In this document: in pieces, positions 12,183 through 25,789 of the stretch
How positions within the stretch are numbered: the first letter of the stretch is position 1
Layout of the letters: each line of letters begins with the position of its first letter
Assembly: GCA_043228905.1 (NCBI GenBank)
Contig: JBHGNT010000001.1
Span: 27,342,001-27,406,000, forward strand
Reading direction: 5' to 3'
Length of the DNA: 64,000 nucleotides
Source: Azolla caroliniana
Taxonomy: Eukaryota > Plantae > Polypodiophyta
Notes under the pieces: model-generated
Databases searched by the model: none
Seen by the model: the letters and a program-made list of their open reading frames with translations, nothing else
Told to the model about the DNA's origin: nothing
Position numbers and translations under genes: made by a program

Positions 12183-15100
12183 TTGCACTCTTGCAATGGA
12201 AAGTTAGGGAAGATAGTTCTGAGAGTATTTTCGCGTTCCCAGGTGGCAACTTTTATTGATGTATCCATCCATTTTATTTTAAATTCTCAGATTTCTTTAG
12301 TACGTAATTTTTTTGTTTTAACATCGAGAATTCTTTCTGGTACATGTGGTTTAGAAGATAATTGTTTAGAAGTAACTAGAGTTTCAGTTGTAACTGTATT
12401 GTTGCCAGAACCTAGAAGTTCTTTTAGACGACTCACATGAAAGTCTAGATGAATTCCAACACCATCGGGAAGAGCGAGACGATAGGCTAATGACCCAATG
12501 TGTTTGAGGACTGTAAAAGGTCCACAAAACCGTGGGGCTAACTTAGCGCACTTACCTGTAGACAATGTCTTAGAATTGTGAGGTACACGTAAAAATACCT
12601 TTAGGTTGCCTATGATGATCGACGTATGAACGCGCTCTATCTTGAGCCGTTTTTATATTATCTCGTGCAATATGCAACATATCTTGCATATCCCGAAGAA
12701 AGTTTTGCGTACTTCGCAACTCATCATGATGTATATTAACATCAATCGGGGCTCGTGGCTGAAAATCATACATCAACATAAAAGGACTATATCCTGTCGA
12801 CGTATGCTTGGGGCTGTTATAAGCAAACTCCAATATTGGGAGATACCGTTCCCATTTTTTGGTTTTGCACCAACATATGCTCGAAGCATGTCCTCAATAA
12901 TTTGATTTACTTGTTCTGTTTGTCCATCGGATTGAGGATGATCCATGGAGCTCATGCTCAACGTAGTTTCTAACTTCTTAAAGACTTGCGTCCAGAAGTC
13001 AGTAGTAAATTTTGGATCTCGATCACTCACGATATCCATCGGTAAGCCATAAAAACGAAATAACTCGTCAACGAATTGGTAAGCCAATTCAAGAGCTGTT
13101 ACCGTGGTTTTAGTAGCAATAAATCTGGCCATTTTAGTTAGTCTATCAATCATAACCCAAATGGCATCATGACCTTTTTGGGTGTGAGGAAGGCTAACAA
13201 TAAAATCCATGGATATACTTTCCCACTTATTGTTGGGAATGTCCAAGGGATGTAAAAGTCCTGCGGCTTTAAGTCGCTCGGCTTTGTTAACCTAACATTG
13301 GTGACATTTAGTCACATAACTATGTATGTCAGGGCGCATCTTAGACCAATAAAATTGAGTGGAGATGAGAACGAGTGTACGATGTATTCTAGGGTGCCCT
13401 ACTGAGGGTGCATCATGGCATTAAAAAAGAATTCTCTTTTTTACCTCAGGCAAATCTGGAACACAAACCTTCCCATTATGGTAGAGCAGACCGTTAGCAA
13501 TGTGGGAGTATTCATTCGAGGATGTGGTGGTGTTTGTTCCAGACTCAACTCTTGCCCAATATTTTGCGAAATAACTGTCATCAGGATACTTCCCTCGAAG
13601 GTGATCATAAAGATCTGATGTTATTTCAGTGAAGCTAAGCATGTTAACTTCACGGATGTGACTTAGTGCATCAACGATAGTATTCATGGAACCTTTACGA
13701 TATCGTATGGAAAAATCAAAGTCCTATATGAGATCAACCCATTGTGCCTTACGACCTTTCAGGTCTTTTTGGTCACAAAAATATTTCAAGGACTTGTGGT
13801 CTGTAGTTACCACAAAGCAATTTCCATAAAGATAATGGCGCCATGTTTTGAGCGCATGTATAACTGCAAATAATTCCTTTTCTTGAATGGTATACCGACA
13901 TTGAGTAGAATCAAGTTTCTTACTCTCGAATGCTATTGGTTTACCATCTTGATATAAGACAACACCTATAGCATAATCGCTTGCATCTGTTTCAACCTCA
14001 AAAGGTTTTGAAGGATCGGGTAAAAGAAGTGAAGGAGCCTTGCAAACCAGGTCCTTGAGTTCCTTAAAGGCGAGGTCTAGTGTAGCATTCCGCACAATAG
14101 GTTTTGTAGACTTATGCGTTTGACCTTTTAGAAGATCAGTAAACGACGTCGTCAATTGGGAGTAATGACGAAGGGATTTTCGCAAAAACCCGACAAAACC
14201 AAGGAATGATCGAACTTCTCGAATGTTTCGAAGAGTGGGCCAAAGCTTGATTTTCTCGATGCGAGAAGGATCAATTTCAACTCCTCGTTCGGTTATGAGA
14301 TGTCCAAGATAAGTAATTGATTTCTTGAAGAACTCACATTTTGAGATCTTCGCATAAAATTGTTTGTCACACAATGTTTGTAAAACAAAGCAGACATGTT
14401 TAACATGTTCTTGTAATGTACGACTATAAACTAAAATATCATCCAAGAAAATAATGGCAAATTTTCCAAGTTGTTCTCGGAAAATGTCATTCATTTCTTG
14501 TTGAAATGTAGCCGGAGCATTGGTCAAACCAAAAGGCATAACCAAAAACTCATAATGGCTATAACGCGTACGAAATGCCGTTTTAGGAACATTGTCCCCA
14601 CTCATACGAATTTGATGGTAGCCAGTACGGAGATCAAGTTTCGTAAAATACCGAGCTCCCTGGAGACGGTCAATTAGATCGTCAGCCCGGGGCAATGGAT
14701 ACGAATTCTTGATCGTCACTTTATTCAAGCGTTGGTAATTAATACACATACGCCATGTGCCCTCTTTCTTTTTAACCAAGAGAACTGGTGCACCCCATGG
14801 AGATTTACTATAACATATATAACCCATTCGTAAATAGTCCTTGAGTTGCTTAGATACCTCATCCTCTTCGGATCGACTTAAGCGATAAGGAGGTATACTT
14901 ATTGGTGCAACACCAGGTACAATATCTATACGATGGTCTATATTACGTTTAGGAGGTAAGCCATCTAGTAGTCCACTTGGAAAAACATCACGAAAATCAT
15001 TTAAGATTTCATCAAGTTGTTGTTCAAAATATGTTAATTGAACCGAGACATTATCGATATTGTAAACGTGAATGTCTGGATCAAGTACACAATAAAATAG

Positions 15101-16476
15101 AGTAGAACAAGACAACTCAGATATTGATGGACACGAGGAAACAATTGAGAGGGATTGTTTTTTTACACATTGAATAAAATGAGTACAATTGTTCAGTACA
15201 AATGTAATTGAATGATGAACCCAATCAATAGATAAAGAAGAGTTTTTATTATAAAACCAGGGATAACCCAGTATTACATCGGTGGTACAAAGATTCACTA
15301 CAGAGAAGTCGACTTCCTCTATATAAGTGTCAATAGAAATTCCTAATGATTGAATCGCCTCGTTGATGTACTGTACTCTTCCATCAGCCAAGTGCCATCA
15401 CTTATAGTGGGTTGGATTCCCCATATCTGAACCAAACGATCATTCACAAAATTGTGTGAGCTTCCCGAATCAAATAAAAATTGTACGGGAGATCCATTGA
15501 TATACCCGTTTGCACGTAGTAAATCATTGGGACCCAATACATAGTGAGGGAAAGAACATTGACAATTACTTAAATGATGTGTATAGACCTGAAGGACATT
15601 AGGAATCTGACCTTTATGGTCTGCAACTTTAGCTTTGTTGTCGTGCTCTTTCCGATGGAGCTTTCGACATTGATCTTTTGTACAACCCTTCTTTTTGCAG
15701 AATACGCAAAAAGGATGTTGTCGCTTACAATCGTGATCCATGAATTCGTTGGGTGTCTTGCGTTTCCCAACGAATTGCGACTGCTTAGTCCCGAGTGCTT
15801 CGTTGGGTTTGTTGTGGTCCTTCTTCGAAGTGCGTTAATAGCGAAGAACTATTTCAACGGCCTCTTCGAAGGATTTTGGATCCTTATCGTGCATTATCCA
15901 GTGATAGTCTGAATTGGGGATGCCATTGACAAAACAAGCTATTAACCAATTATCCCCCTCTAGACCCGATTTTTGAATTTGGGTTCTAGCATGGTGGACA
16001 TAATCTTCTAGCGAGGAAAATTTCTGACTAGAGAGGTTCATTAAAGCTTGTGCTGCCTCGGTTCGAGAGGGAGGTTGTAGAAATTGGCCCTTGAAAACTG
16101 TGACAAAATCTGCCCAGGTATCGGGCAATTTCCCCAATGTACGGAGCCCACACCACCAGGCGGCGACCTTACCCCCTAGTTCTCGGCCGACATATGCAAT
16201 CTTCGTACTATCTGGCGTGGGATAGAGCTCAAAATGAGACTCCCATCGGCCCAACCACGTACAGATTGCTTCTTCGGTTCTTTCCTTTTTGTCTCCCGTA
16301 AATGGCTTAACGACAAACGATGGTTCACCCTATCGCTCATCAGGTCTATTAGTCTCACATTGTAGACTAATGACACATGCCTCGAGAGCACTTTGAGATT
16401 GCCGAAGTTCGGTCATCTGTTGAGCGGTGAAACTAAGGTATTGGGTTATTTGTGAAAAATACATCTCAATGGACAT
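12183..16476 (-). pseudogene. Gypsy gag-pol, disrupted by stops and frameshifts
   Basis: Gag (W..F...FKGQF; C..C...C knuckle), protease FLFDSGSSHNF, RT ([40 protein letters not shown]), RNase H ([10 protein letters not shown]), integrase (WESISMDFI, IVSDRDPKFT, HPQSDGQTE), chromodomain (PERILDVKTKKLRTKEI). Confidence 0.92.
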
Positions 16477-17745
16477 TTGTATCAACGATGTTGTATGGTC
16501 TTGGTCATATTTGAACCCGAGACCTCGAGAACAAATGCATTAAACACTTGAGCCAACCAAGTAGGTTGCTCTTCTTGAATGTTTAATGTTTCATGCGTAT
16601 AAGAGATATGCGAGGCATTTGCCCATATATGTTTTTTTAAAAGAAACATATATGTTAAGAGTCCTTATTTCGCCCTCATTTACTACAACTATGTTGGTAT
16701 GTTACCTAACCTCAAGTCTCGTAATTATGATGGCATATGCCAAAGTGCAACCTAATGGTCAAGCCAAATGAGCACTCCTTTCGTAGTAGGCCCACGTGGC
16801 CCATCACATGGTCACGTCAATACGAATGCCTCTCGTAAGAATGATCTCATGGTGGCATCGTATCCATGAAATGAGGGAGGGATGTTGGATACGTGTGTCA
16901 TAAGAGCAACCTCACATGAAGTGGGTCAAACCCTACGTACTCACCATCATTATGGCTATTGGCGTTTCTTTACGTAACGAAATATCGAAGTCACCAACGG
17001 GGATTTCAACAATAAAAAATTGTTGAAAAAAAAGGATGGTGACAACACGATTCTCACAAAAATGTGAGGACGGCCATCAAGAACCTTTCCCCGAAAAGGA
17101 AAACATTTGATTTAAAATCACGTAAGAACGTATATACACATGTATATTATCAAATATATACGATCAACTACGTATACACGTGACCACATATGCCTATATT
17201 AAAGAAATCGTTATATTTAATAGCCAAAAATGACGTAATCGAGATACGTAATCGAGGCATATACCTCTACGCACACGAGACATCAAAAAATAAGGGTTCA
17301 ACATAATACGCAATTGACCTCTTACGCATACGAGACCAAACACATATCATTTACAACAAAATCGAGGTGTTGACCTCATACGCAAACGTAACATATGTTC
17401 GTGAACGTAATACGTAATTGAGGTATTAACCTCGTACGTATACAACACTCATCACATATTATTTATATGTCAAACAAGGTATTGAGCTCGTGCACATATA
17501 TAAACGTTTTAGATAACCAATTAAATACCACTACAACATCATTTAATTAATGAAAATAATCTACATATTAACCATACACATGATTAGATGGGAGAAAAAA
17601 ATAGACAAAAAATAACAAGAAAGATTACCAAAGTTCCTTGTTGATCCTTGTTTGCATGAAGGCCAACCGCACAATGATCGATCGCCATCCATCGAGAAGA
17701 TAAGACCAACAAAAGAAAGATTAGTACATAGGCTCGGATACCAAA

Positions 17746-18202
17746 TATTAGAGACATGTACTAAAGTAAGCATTAGATAAGGATAGATCTAGGTAGATAG
17801 AAAGAAAGGAGAGAGAGAAAGAAGGGTGCCGATCCACCCGACCACCCCCGAGCGAAGGGATCGAGACGGACTCGAGCCTCGATCGGCGTCCCATACCATC
17901 GCCGTGGCGTCGAGTCGTACCTGGTACTGGTGCGCTCGCTACAAGAGTTGACCCGCCACAAGACAGAGTCTCAACGTAGTCAACAAGATAGTGAAATGAG
18001 GGTAGCTAGGCCTCTTATTTATAGCGATACCCAAGGCCCCCAGGAAAGTTTAGACTTGGCCTAATGGGTTGTCTCAATCCCGAGGATTTAAAAGTAATCC
18101 TCCCCTTCTTTACACTCTCGTTTAACCCTCACACTTATCCATGTGTATAGAATACTACGGTAAATTCTCACCACGGGATATTATATGGTCATGCCTGTAA
18201 CA
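17746..18202 (-). repeat. Gypsy 5' LTR (457 bp)
   Basis: Followed by the PBS on the minus strand; carries an extra ~16 bp (tttaaccctcacactt) relative to the 3' LTR. Confidence 0.93.
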
Positions 18203-20629
18203 GATGATTGCCATTAGTTTATAACTCTAGACACCTATTTACATTAAGTAAAAAGTAAGAGAGGATATGTACGCAGTCTCATATTCTTGACTTCGGTCGG
18301 GGTGTGATTCCCCGTTTTCTTGTATAATCTTTCTTTAAAAATCTCATAATAATGGGAAAGTAGCTCCTTTTTTAGAAAAAAATAGGGAACAATGTTTATG
18401 AGGTTTTTTGAAGAAAACACAAAATGCAATTTTGATAAAAGAGTATTGTGAATGTATCTTCAAATAAATGAACACAATACGACCTATATTGCTAAGTGAG
18501 TCATCGATGTTCTAAAATGAACAAGAATTATATTCACTCGAAAATGCGTATGCGTCTCCATATCAAATACATATTTTCTTCTCTAGTGCACCTTGACCAG
18601 ATTTAAGAAATGTGTAGTGAATGTGAGTAAGCTAAGACTGTAAGTGAGGGTTTTCTTTAGCATTGTATAGTCTTTCATTTGAGTGGACCGTTTGACATGA
18701 GGAAGATTCAGGGTTAGGTATTGGGGATCGAAACATTGGAATGGTAGCACCACTAGATATGGAAAGGGGATTGAGAGATGAAGCCCTATTTAGCATCTCT
18801 TCTTGATGAGTTTTAGACCATTTTCATCTCTTTTATCACCTTATTCTCTCCCTAGGTTTGCTTCAACATTAAAATGTTGTCAATATTTTTTGAAGGTGGT
18901 GTTCGGCATTGAATATTTTTTCACAACAAACCAAGCTTTCAAAAGTGACCCATGTGAATAGATATTTGTGGATCTTTACCCACCACCACCACCATAATCT
19001 CATTTCCACAAACAAAAACAAAAAGATGATTGGGACATTTGCCCTTCATGTCTTGACATTATCATGCTATATAGTTTATTTTTTCATTCTAAGGGTTTGA
19101 AGATGGGTTGTAATCACTTTATCACATGGACATTATAGGTTGATTTTTAGGTTCACTAGATTGTTAAGTATACATGATATTAGTGTGCAAAATTTCCCAT
19201 TATAAAATACAACAAGATTTAACCACAAAGAAATTCATAACCTTTAACTTCCAAGTTAAGAAAATTCTCCTCTAATATTGTAATGTGAAACTATATATCC
19301 TCCATTGCGCACTTTTATATCAAGGGTATATGAAACAATATGTACTAAAATGTATTCAGAATGGATAATGTCAACAATTCAAAACAACGTAACACCTCTC
19401 ATTTATCAAATGATTTTTCACTGACTAATGGGATACATGTTGACATAAACTAGACAACATGTTTCAAATGGCAAGTCACTCGTCTTTTTTGGGTTTGGTT
19501 CTCTTGCTTTCAGAAAGTTTAATACAGTAGCCGGAAAACATGTCAAGAAGATGCAATAAAAAAAGAAATTGGAATTGTGAGTGTGTTGTCGGAAGCCAAA
19601 TTGTACGTAGAGTCTCTTTTCGCTATTTGTCTCTATTTAAGTAAAAGCCTTTACCTATAGGTAGTATAGTTTGACCAAATGTTCACTTCAATATTATATA
19701 GGCTTTTGAAGGTGCGCGTATTTGGTGGCCACAAGATGCAAATGTTGTAGCATAGGAAAAGCCTAGAAAATGGGAATAAGTATGAATACGACGGGGAAAG
19801 AATATATTGTAATGTGAAACTATATAAAGAATATATACTTGATTAAACTTGCATCCCTCAACATAATCTCATCCACATGAGGATCGAGCCATAATTATAT
19901 ATCTTGATTCCTTTTTTGATATAATATAAACAAGGACCACTCACAGTGTGTAAGTGATGTACATTTTCAGCACAAGGGAAATTGTCTTTATGGAAACTTG
20001 AGAAAGTAGTTGGAAGGATAAGGAGGGGACGAGCTCCCTTTCAGTCTCGCTATAATGAAAGGACTTCTATCAATTGTGTCAAATAAAGATCTTGAAAACA
20101 AGGTACATTCCCTTTCACGATTGTCCCTTTCAAAATCTTGAAAAGCATGAGTGAATAATAAGTGAATCATATTGAAAAACAAGATTCAATTCACTAAAGA
20201 ACTCCCAAGTGGAAATTTCTTATATGATATGAATAGTTCAATCAAAGTTTGATCAAGCTTTTCTCCATATATAAAAAAAACTTCCAACTAACTCATATGA
20301 TATGAATAGTTTGTTATATATGCTTATGCCTATGAATTTATTAACATTGGTATCCAAAGGACAATGTTAAGGTTTTAATCCCTTGTGCCATTCACCGTTT
20401 AATCTCGTGTTGTGGAAAAATGTTAAAAGTCAAATTTTGTAAAGAGAGTATACGAAAACACCATCAAATCTATTGCTCAAGACTTGAACCCAAAAACTCA
20501 ATACAAACTTCATTCTTCATAAACTAAATAGTCATTTGGGTGAGATCAAACAACAGACTACACTATCTTGTTTAGAGTTTTATGTTGAATAAGTTAACAT
20601 AATGTATACAATTTCTAGAGACATGTAGC

Positions 20630-21428
20630 AACTTGCATATTGTGTATATTGACCAATATTCCATATTGTGCTTTAGGAAAAAAGTGGTGTTCTATTATTT
20701 TCCATCATCATTAATTAATATATTGTTTAATGCCAATGTTTCATTCTTCAAGAAGTACAATTTTGGTGAAAGGCCAAAGGACTCTTTTCCCCTCTATTCA
20801 TAAGGACACAAAAATCTTGATAAATTGTTGCTATCTCACGGTTCTAACATTAATAGCACAAATGGAACATTAATAACTTTGGGTAAATGGAACATTAGTA
20901 ACTTGCATATTGTGTATATTGACCGAGATTCCATATTGTGCTTTAGATAAAAAGTGGTGTTCTATTTTTTTCCATCATCATTAATTAATATATTGTTTAA
21001 TGCCAATGTTTCATTCTTCAAGAAGTACAAATTTGGTGAAAGGCCAAAGGACTCTTTTCCCCTCTATTCATAAGGACACAAAAATCTTGATAAATTGTTG
21101 CTATCTCACGGTTCTAACATTAATAGCACAAATGGAACATTAGTAACTTTGGGTAAATGGAACATTAATAACTTGCATATTGTGTATATTGACCGAGATT
21201 CCATATTGTGCTTTAGATAAAAAGTGGTGTTCTATTTTTTTCCATCATCATTAATTAATATATTGTTTAATGCCAATGTTTTATTCTTCAAGAAGTACAA
21301 ATTTGGTGAAAGGCCAAAGGACTCTTTTCCCCTCTATTCATAAGGACACAAAAATCTTGATAAATTGTTGCTATCTCACAGTTCTAACATTAATAGCACA
21401 AATGGAACATTAGTAACTTTGGGTAAAT
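20630..21428. repeat. Tandem repeat, 270-bp unit, about 3 copies, near identical
   Basis: aacttgcatattgtgtatattgacc recurs at ~20630, 20900 and 21170. Each unit contains an internal aaatggaacatta.taactt duplication. Confidence 0.93.
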
Positions 21429-21849
21429 GAAATGGTTTGGTGGGTTAAGCTCTAGATTTGCATTTATGATGGATTATATTCCCACCTTGTCATTCCAGTG
21501 AATAGTGACCATGGATTTTAACAATGAGAGAACATTCCTTATCAATTTCATAAAGAGTGCCTTATATGTCTCTAAATTTATTTAGAATTAGGTATACTCC
21601 TTAAAGGCATTTCCAAGGAAACCTTTTTCCAACTTACATGTTGTCATCTTTCTCTTAGCTAAGCTTTTCAAGAGGAAGAAGATCAAAAGAGAGCATCAAA
21701 GTCATTAATGTGATGTGTGGAAGGACAAATTTTGAGTTTGGAAGGTTGGCTTTTATGTCTCAATGTAATATCAAAGTTTACCCTTCATAAGATTGGTTCA
21801 ATGTCACAATTTTCGTCATGACTCGATTTAGGAGGATTCAGACAAAGCA

Positions 21850-22277
21850 AAAATGGCAAGGTCAAAGTTTTTGTTGAAATGGGGGTGGTTCTCCCATGTT
21901 GGGCAAATCTTCAACTGGGCCTAAGTGGAACTACCAGGCACCCATGTGGCAGCTTCCACTGATGGCTCCCAATATTCTACAAGAGATGTAAATATGTATA
22001 GTTGCGTTACAAGTAAGTTACCATAGTCGTGTTACCTGGATAACTTTGTTGTAAAAGAGTAGGTGGGATAATTTTGTTGTAAAAGAGGGGGTGAGGATAA
22101 TTACAAGATTCGTGGGGGGGAGGGCAATGTGAGTTTTGCTGAATTTGTTGTTGTTTTTGGAGTTGTTGTATACATCGATCCCTCAAAGGTTAGTCCTTGT
22201 GGATCTTAGTGTATGAACTTTGATGTATTTTGTTTGCTAACTAATGCGAAGTAGTGTTTTTTTTTTGGTAAAAAAAA
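21850..22277 (+). mobile_element. 5'-truncated LINE 3'-end copy
   Basis: ggtcaaagtttttgttgaaatgg...ggaactaccaggcacc...ctaactaatgcgaagtagtg(T)n gg (A)n is shared with 30392-30720 and 51670-52324. Confidence 0.75.
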
Positions 22278-22899
22278 CTCGTCATAAATATTAAACCACA
22301 AACATTAACTCTTCATCTTTACCTCTAGTTCAAAATATGCACTCAAATTTTGTGGGATATAACTTCTTTGAGGTTCCTAACCTGTAATTTTTAACTCTAT
22401 GTTTGCATATAGTGATGTGTGGTTAAAACATACTCATTATCAATAGAAGAAGGAGAGTTGCATGTATCGTCAACCTTTCTCTTTGGTCGACATAATGAAT
22501 TCCAGCTATATAGTCTTACAGACATAAACTTATTATGTATCTCTATCTCTCCCTTTTCTTACTCATAAATAATGGCGTAACACACATCTTACTTATTCTT
22601 TTTCATTATGTATATACATTTGATCCTCTATAGAACTTTATCATCTTTTTCTTCACATGGTAGTAGAGTGTGAAGGTTATTAATCTCCATTGTCCTCGTT
22701 CCTTGTGTGTACCCTTGAAGGTGTCCATTCATAGAAGAATTGGTTCATTGTGACATGGTTGTTCATCACTATCATTGTGTGAATACTTGTGTGATCTCAA
22801 GGTGCACACCATTGAGAGCATGTCTATTAATCAATTACGTTCTACCTTCATTTTGATGTCATGAGCCACAATATTCAGACCCTCGTAAATACTTATTGG

Positions 22900-24655
22900 C
22901 AGCAAACCAGGCAAGAGTGGTCTTCATTCACTCTTGAGCCTCTAGTTGCATAACCCTAACTTCAAGAACTCTCACTCACACTTCGTTCATTCACATTTTG
23001 AAATACCTTTAAACATCGAGCCTTCTAAATATACCAAATTGTAATACTACTTACCAATTGTCATATTTGAGGTTTATCATTTTGTATTTGTGAACTTAAA
23101 GGGATCAAATTTTTGTCCATCAAACCATATCTCATCACAATAGCATCTACAACCTCCTCTTGTCATATACCATAGGTTTATCATGTACCACCGCCCATAA
23201 TATTGCACCCCATCCATACACTGGTGTAGGATATACTTGAGTTAATAATTTTATTATTTGTTTCCATATTACCATAACAAAACCACAACTCCATAAACGA
23301 TGTTCTTGACTACATTTCCTACATTTCCTTTTCGCCACCCATTAACTAGTATAGCTTTATGAAGCAACAACCATCGGAAACAAACAATTTTCCTACTCTT
23401 TTTTATACCCCATAGCCATTTCCGAAATTGTTTGAGATGTTGTGGAGAAAGACCATTTCGTGTCCAAAAAACAAATTTTGTTGTTGGCTCTTTCCATTAT
23501 CTAGCACCTAATATTTTCCTACCAATCTTCACAGAATATTATAAGAAAGGCACATATTTTATGTGATCTTGCACCCACAACTTCCAATACAGTTGTCCAG
23601 GATCCCAAGTTAATTGAGATATTGGTCTCCTTTCCATAATCCAAATCCTCCAAAAAGAATTCACCTTTTGAGGATCCGGGTCTAAGACCCAATTTAATCC
23701 ATCATTTGCAATCACCCTCACTTCTTTATGCAAACAAAACCTAAACAAATTATGTTCCTTAGGTGTAAAGATTAACCTACCATCATCTTGTAGATAAAAA
23801 ATCACACACATTCCAAATTAGGGGTTGTCTATAGAATTCAAATTCTGTTTTTGACAATCTCTTAACTAAATTAAGAAAACATCTTTCCATGCATTAAGAA
23901 CAGATCGAGCAAATCTGACTTCCCAGTTTGTGGCAATAGCCAACTTATTATGTTCCATAAACGCCCATCTAAAACTAGGCCTTCAATCCCCACCAGTTTT
24001 GGGACAAAACTTTTGTAATTCATAAAATAAGTCATGTCATTCCAAATCAGGGGTTGTCTACAGAATTCAAATTCTGTTTTTGGGCAATTTCTTAACTAAA
24101 TTAAGAGAAACATCTTTCCATGGATTAAGAACAGATTGAGCAAATCTGGCTTCCCAATTTGTGGCAATAGCCAACTTATTATGTTCCATAAAAGCCCATC
24201 TAGAACTAGGCCTTCAATCCCCACCAATTTTGGAACAAAACTTTTGCAATTCATAAAACAACAATTATTTCAAAGGTTCTGATCTTGGCAACAATCCCCG
24301 AATCACCAATTTTGCAATCAAAGCTTTCGTCTGATGTAATCGATCTACAATCCCCAATCCTCCCTGATCCAATGGCGTAACAGTCGTGGACCAAGAGACC
24401 TTTGCCCTGGCATAACTTCCAACATTACCAAACCACAAATAATTTCGGATCAATCTTTGTAATTGTCACATACATGATCTGGAAAAAACTCCAACATGAG
24501 ATAATATACCGAAGGCTAGATAACAAAACTTGATTAACTACTATCACTCTACCCGCGAATGATAGTTTAACTTTACTCCAAAACAATAGTTTTTTCCTAA
24601 TTTTCAATAGCAAAGAAGCAACCTGAATTTCTGAAGAAATATTCAAACCTACTTA
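22900..24655 (-). mobile_element. Degenerate L1-like LINE ORF2 fragment (post-RT region to 3' end) with an internal ~230-bp tandem duplication (about 23812-24030 / 24041-24260)
   Basis: LLFWSKVKLSFAGRVIVVNQVLLSSLRY, IRNYLWFG...AKVSWSTTVTPLDQGGLGI, and zinc-finger-like KCRKCSQEHRLWSC. Confidence 0.85.
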
Positions 24656-24662
24656 GCATCCC

Positions 24663-25300
24663 ACTTCATCTTGTTAACTCTTAATTAAGAGACTAATTCA
24701 ATCCTAAGAAGAGCTTCATCGTGTTAACTCTTAATTGAGAGACTAATTCAATCCTAAGAAGAGATTTAAAAGTACACATGCACACATATAAGTAAAGACA
24801 AACAATATATGTGTTCATGTTGACACCATCTCAATTAATATAAGAATTTCCAACACTCTTATAAAAGGAGGATTGATTAAAGTATAACTAATTAGTACTT
24901 AGCCTTAATTCCTCTACTCACTTAAGTGCAAGATTAAGGAAGGGGGACAAGAGAGCTCAAGTTATAGAAATAGTGAAAAACTGCAAAAGTAACCAAAAGT
25001 GTTTTAACTCTTAATTAAAAGACCATAAGTCCAAAGAAGAGCTTCATTTTTACACATACACACATTATTTAACACAAACAAGTTATGTATTAATCTTGAT
25101 CCTAGTGTCTATATTAATATAAGAGTTCCAAACACACTTACAAAAGGAATGATTAAGGTATAGATAATTAGTGCTTACTCTTAATCACTCTACTCACTTA
25201 AGTGAAAGATTAATGAATGGGGAGGAGAGAGCTCAAACATAGTTTATTGGAGGAGAGAAAAACACAAGAGGGAAGAAGAGCTACAAAAGTTACTAAAAGT
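24663..25300. repeat. Nested degenerate direct repeats (~50-bp pair followed by ~280-bp pair)
   Basis: ttaactcttaatt.agagactaattcaatcctaagaagag at 24674 and 24724. Blocks 24724-25000 and 25004-25300 share ctactcacttaagtg.aagattaa.gaa.ggg and agagagctcaa. Confidence 0.7.
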
Positions 25301-25618
25301 GACTTTTATGGATTTTTACCATGAGGTTTGACCTCTTTGACATTGGGTTGGCCCTTTCACCTAGAGCTTTGAATAAAGTCTTTGTTATATTCCTCTTTTC
25401 TATAATGTTCCATTGAGCTTGGTCCCTATGCTAATTAATTTTGATGTCTTCATGAATCGTGTTATGTACGACGGGTACTTAACAAGTCACACCTTGTTGT
25501 CATTCGATATAATAGTAGATTCATGGATCTGATAGGTTTGCCAAATTGTGATCAATGTAGCTCCAATATCCGAACAACTTCAAGAATAACATAAGAGCAA
25601 CTTGAAATCTATGTTCAC

Positions 25619-25701
25619 TGTTAATAATTAGGTGATTAATTATGGGTTAATTAGTACCTAATTATGTGATTAAGTTAAGCAGAAGATTAAGTGATATGTG
25701 T

Positions 25702-25789
<88 letters not shown>

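Larger units (their letters stand above)
11717..18202 (-). mobile_element. Full-length but degenerate Ty3/Gypsy chromovirus LTR retrotransposon (6.5 kb)
   Basis: LTRs at 17746-18202 (5') and 11717-12157 (3'). PBS TGGTATCCGAGCC (tRNA-Met type) follows the 5' LTR; PPT aaagaggggaggggagta precedes the 3' LTR. TSD gacga/gatga. Domain order gag-PR-RT-RH-INT-chromodomain. Confidence 0.95.
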
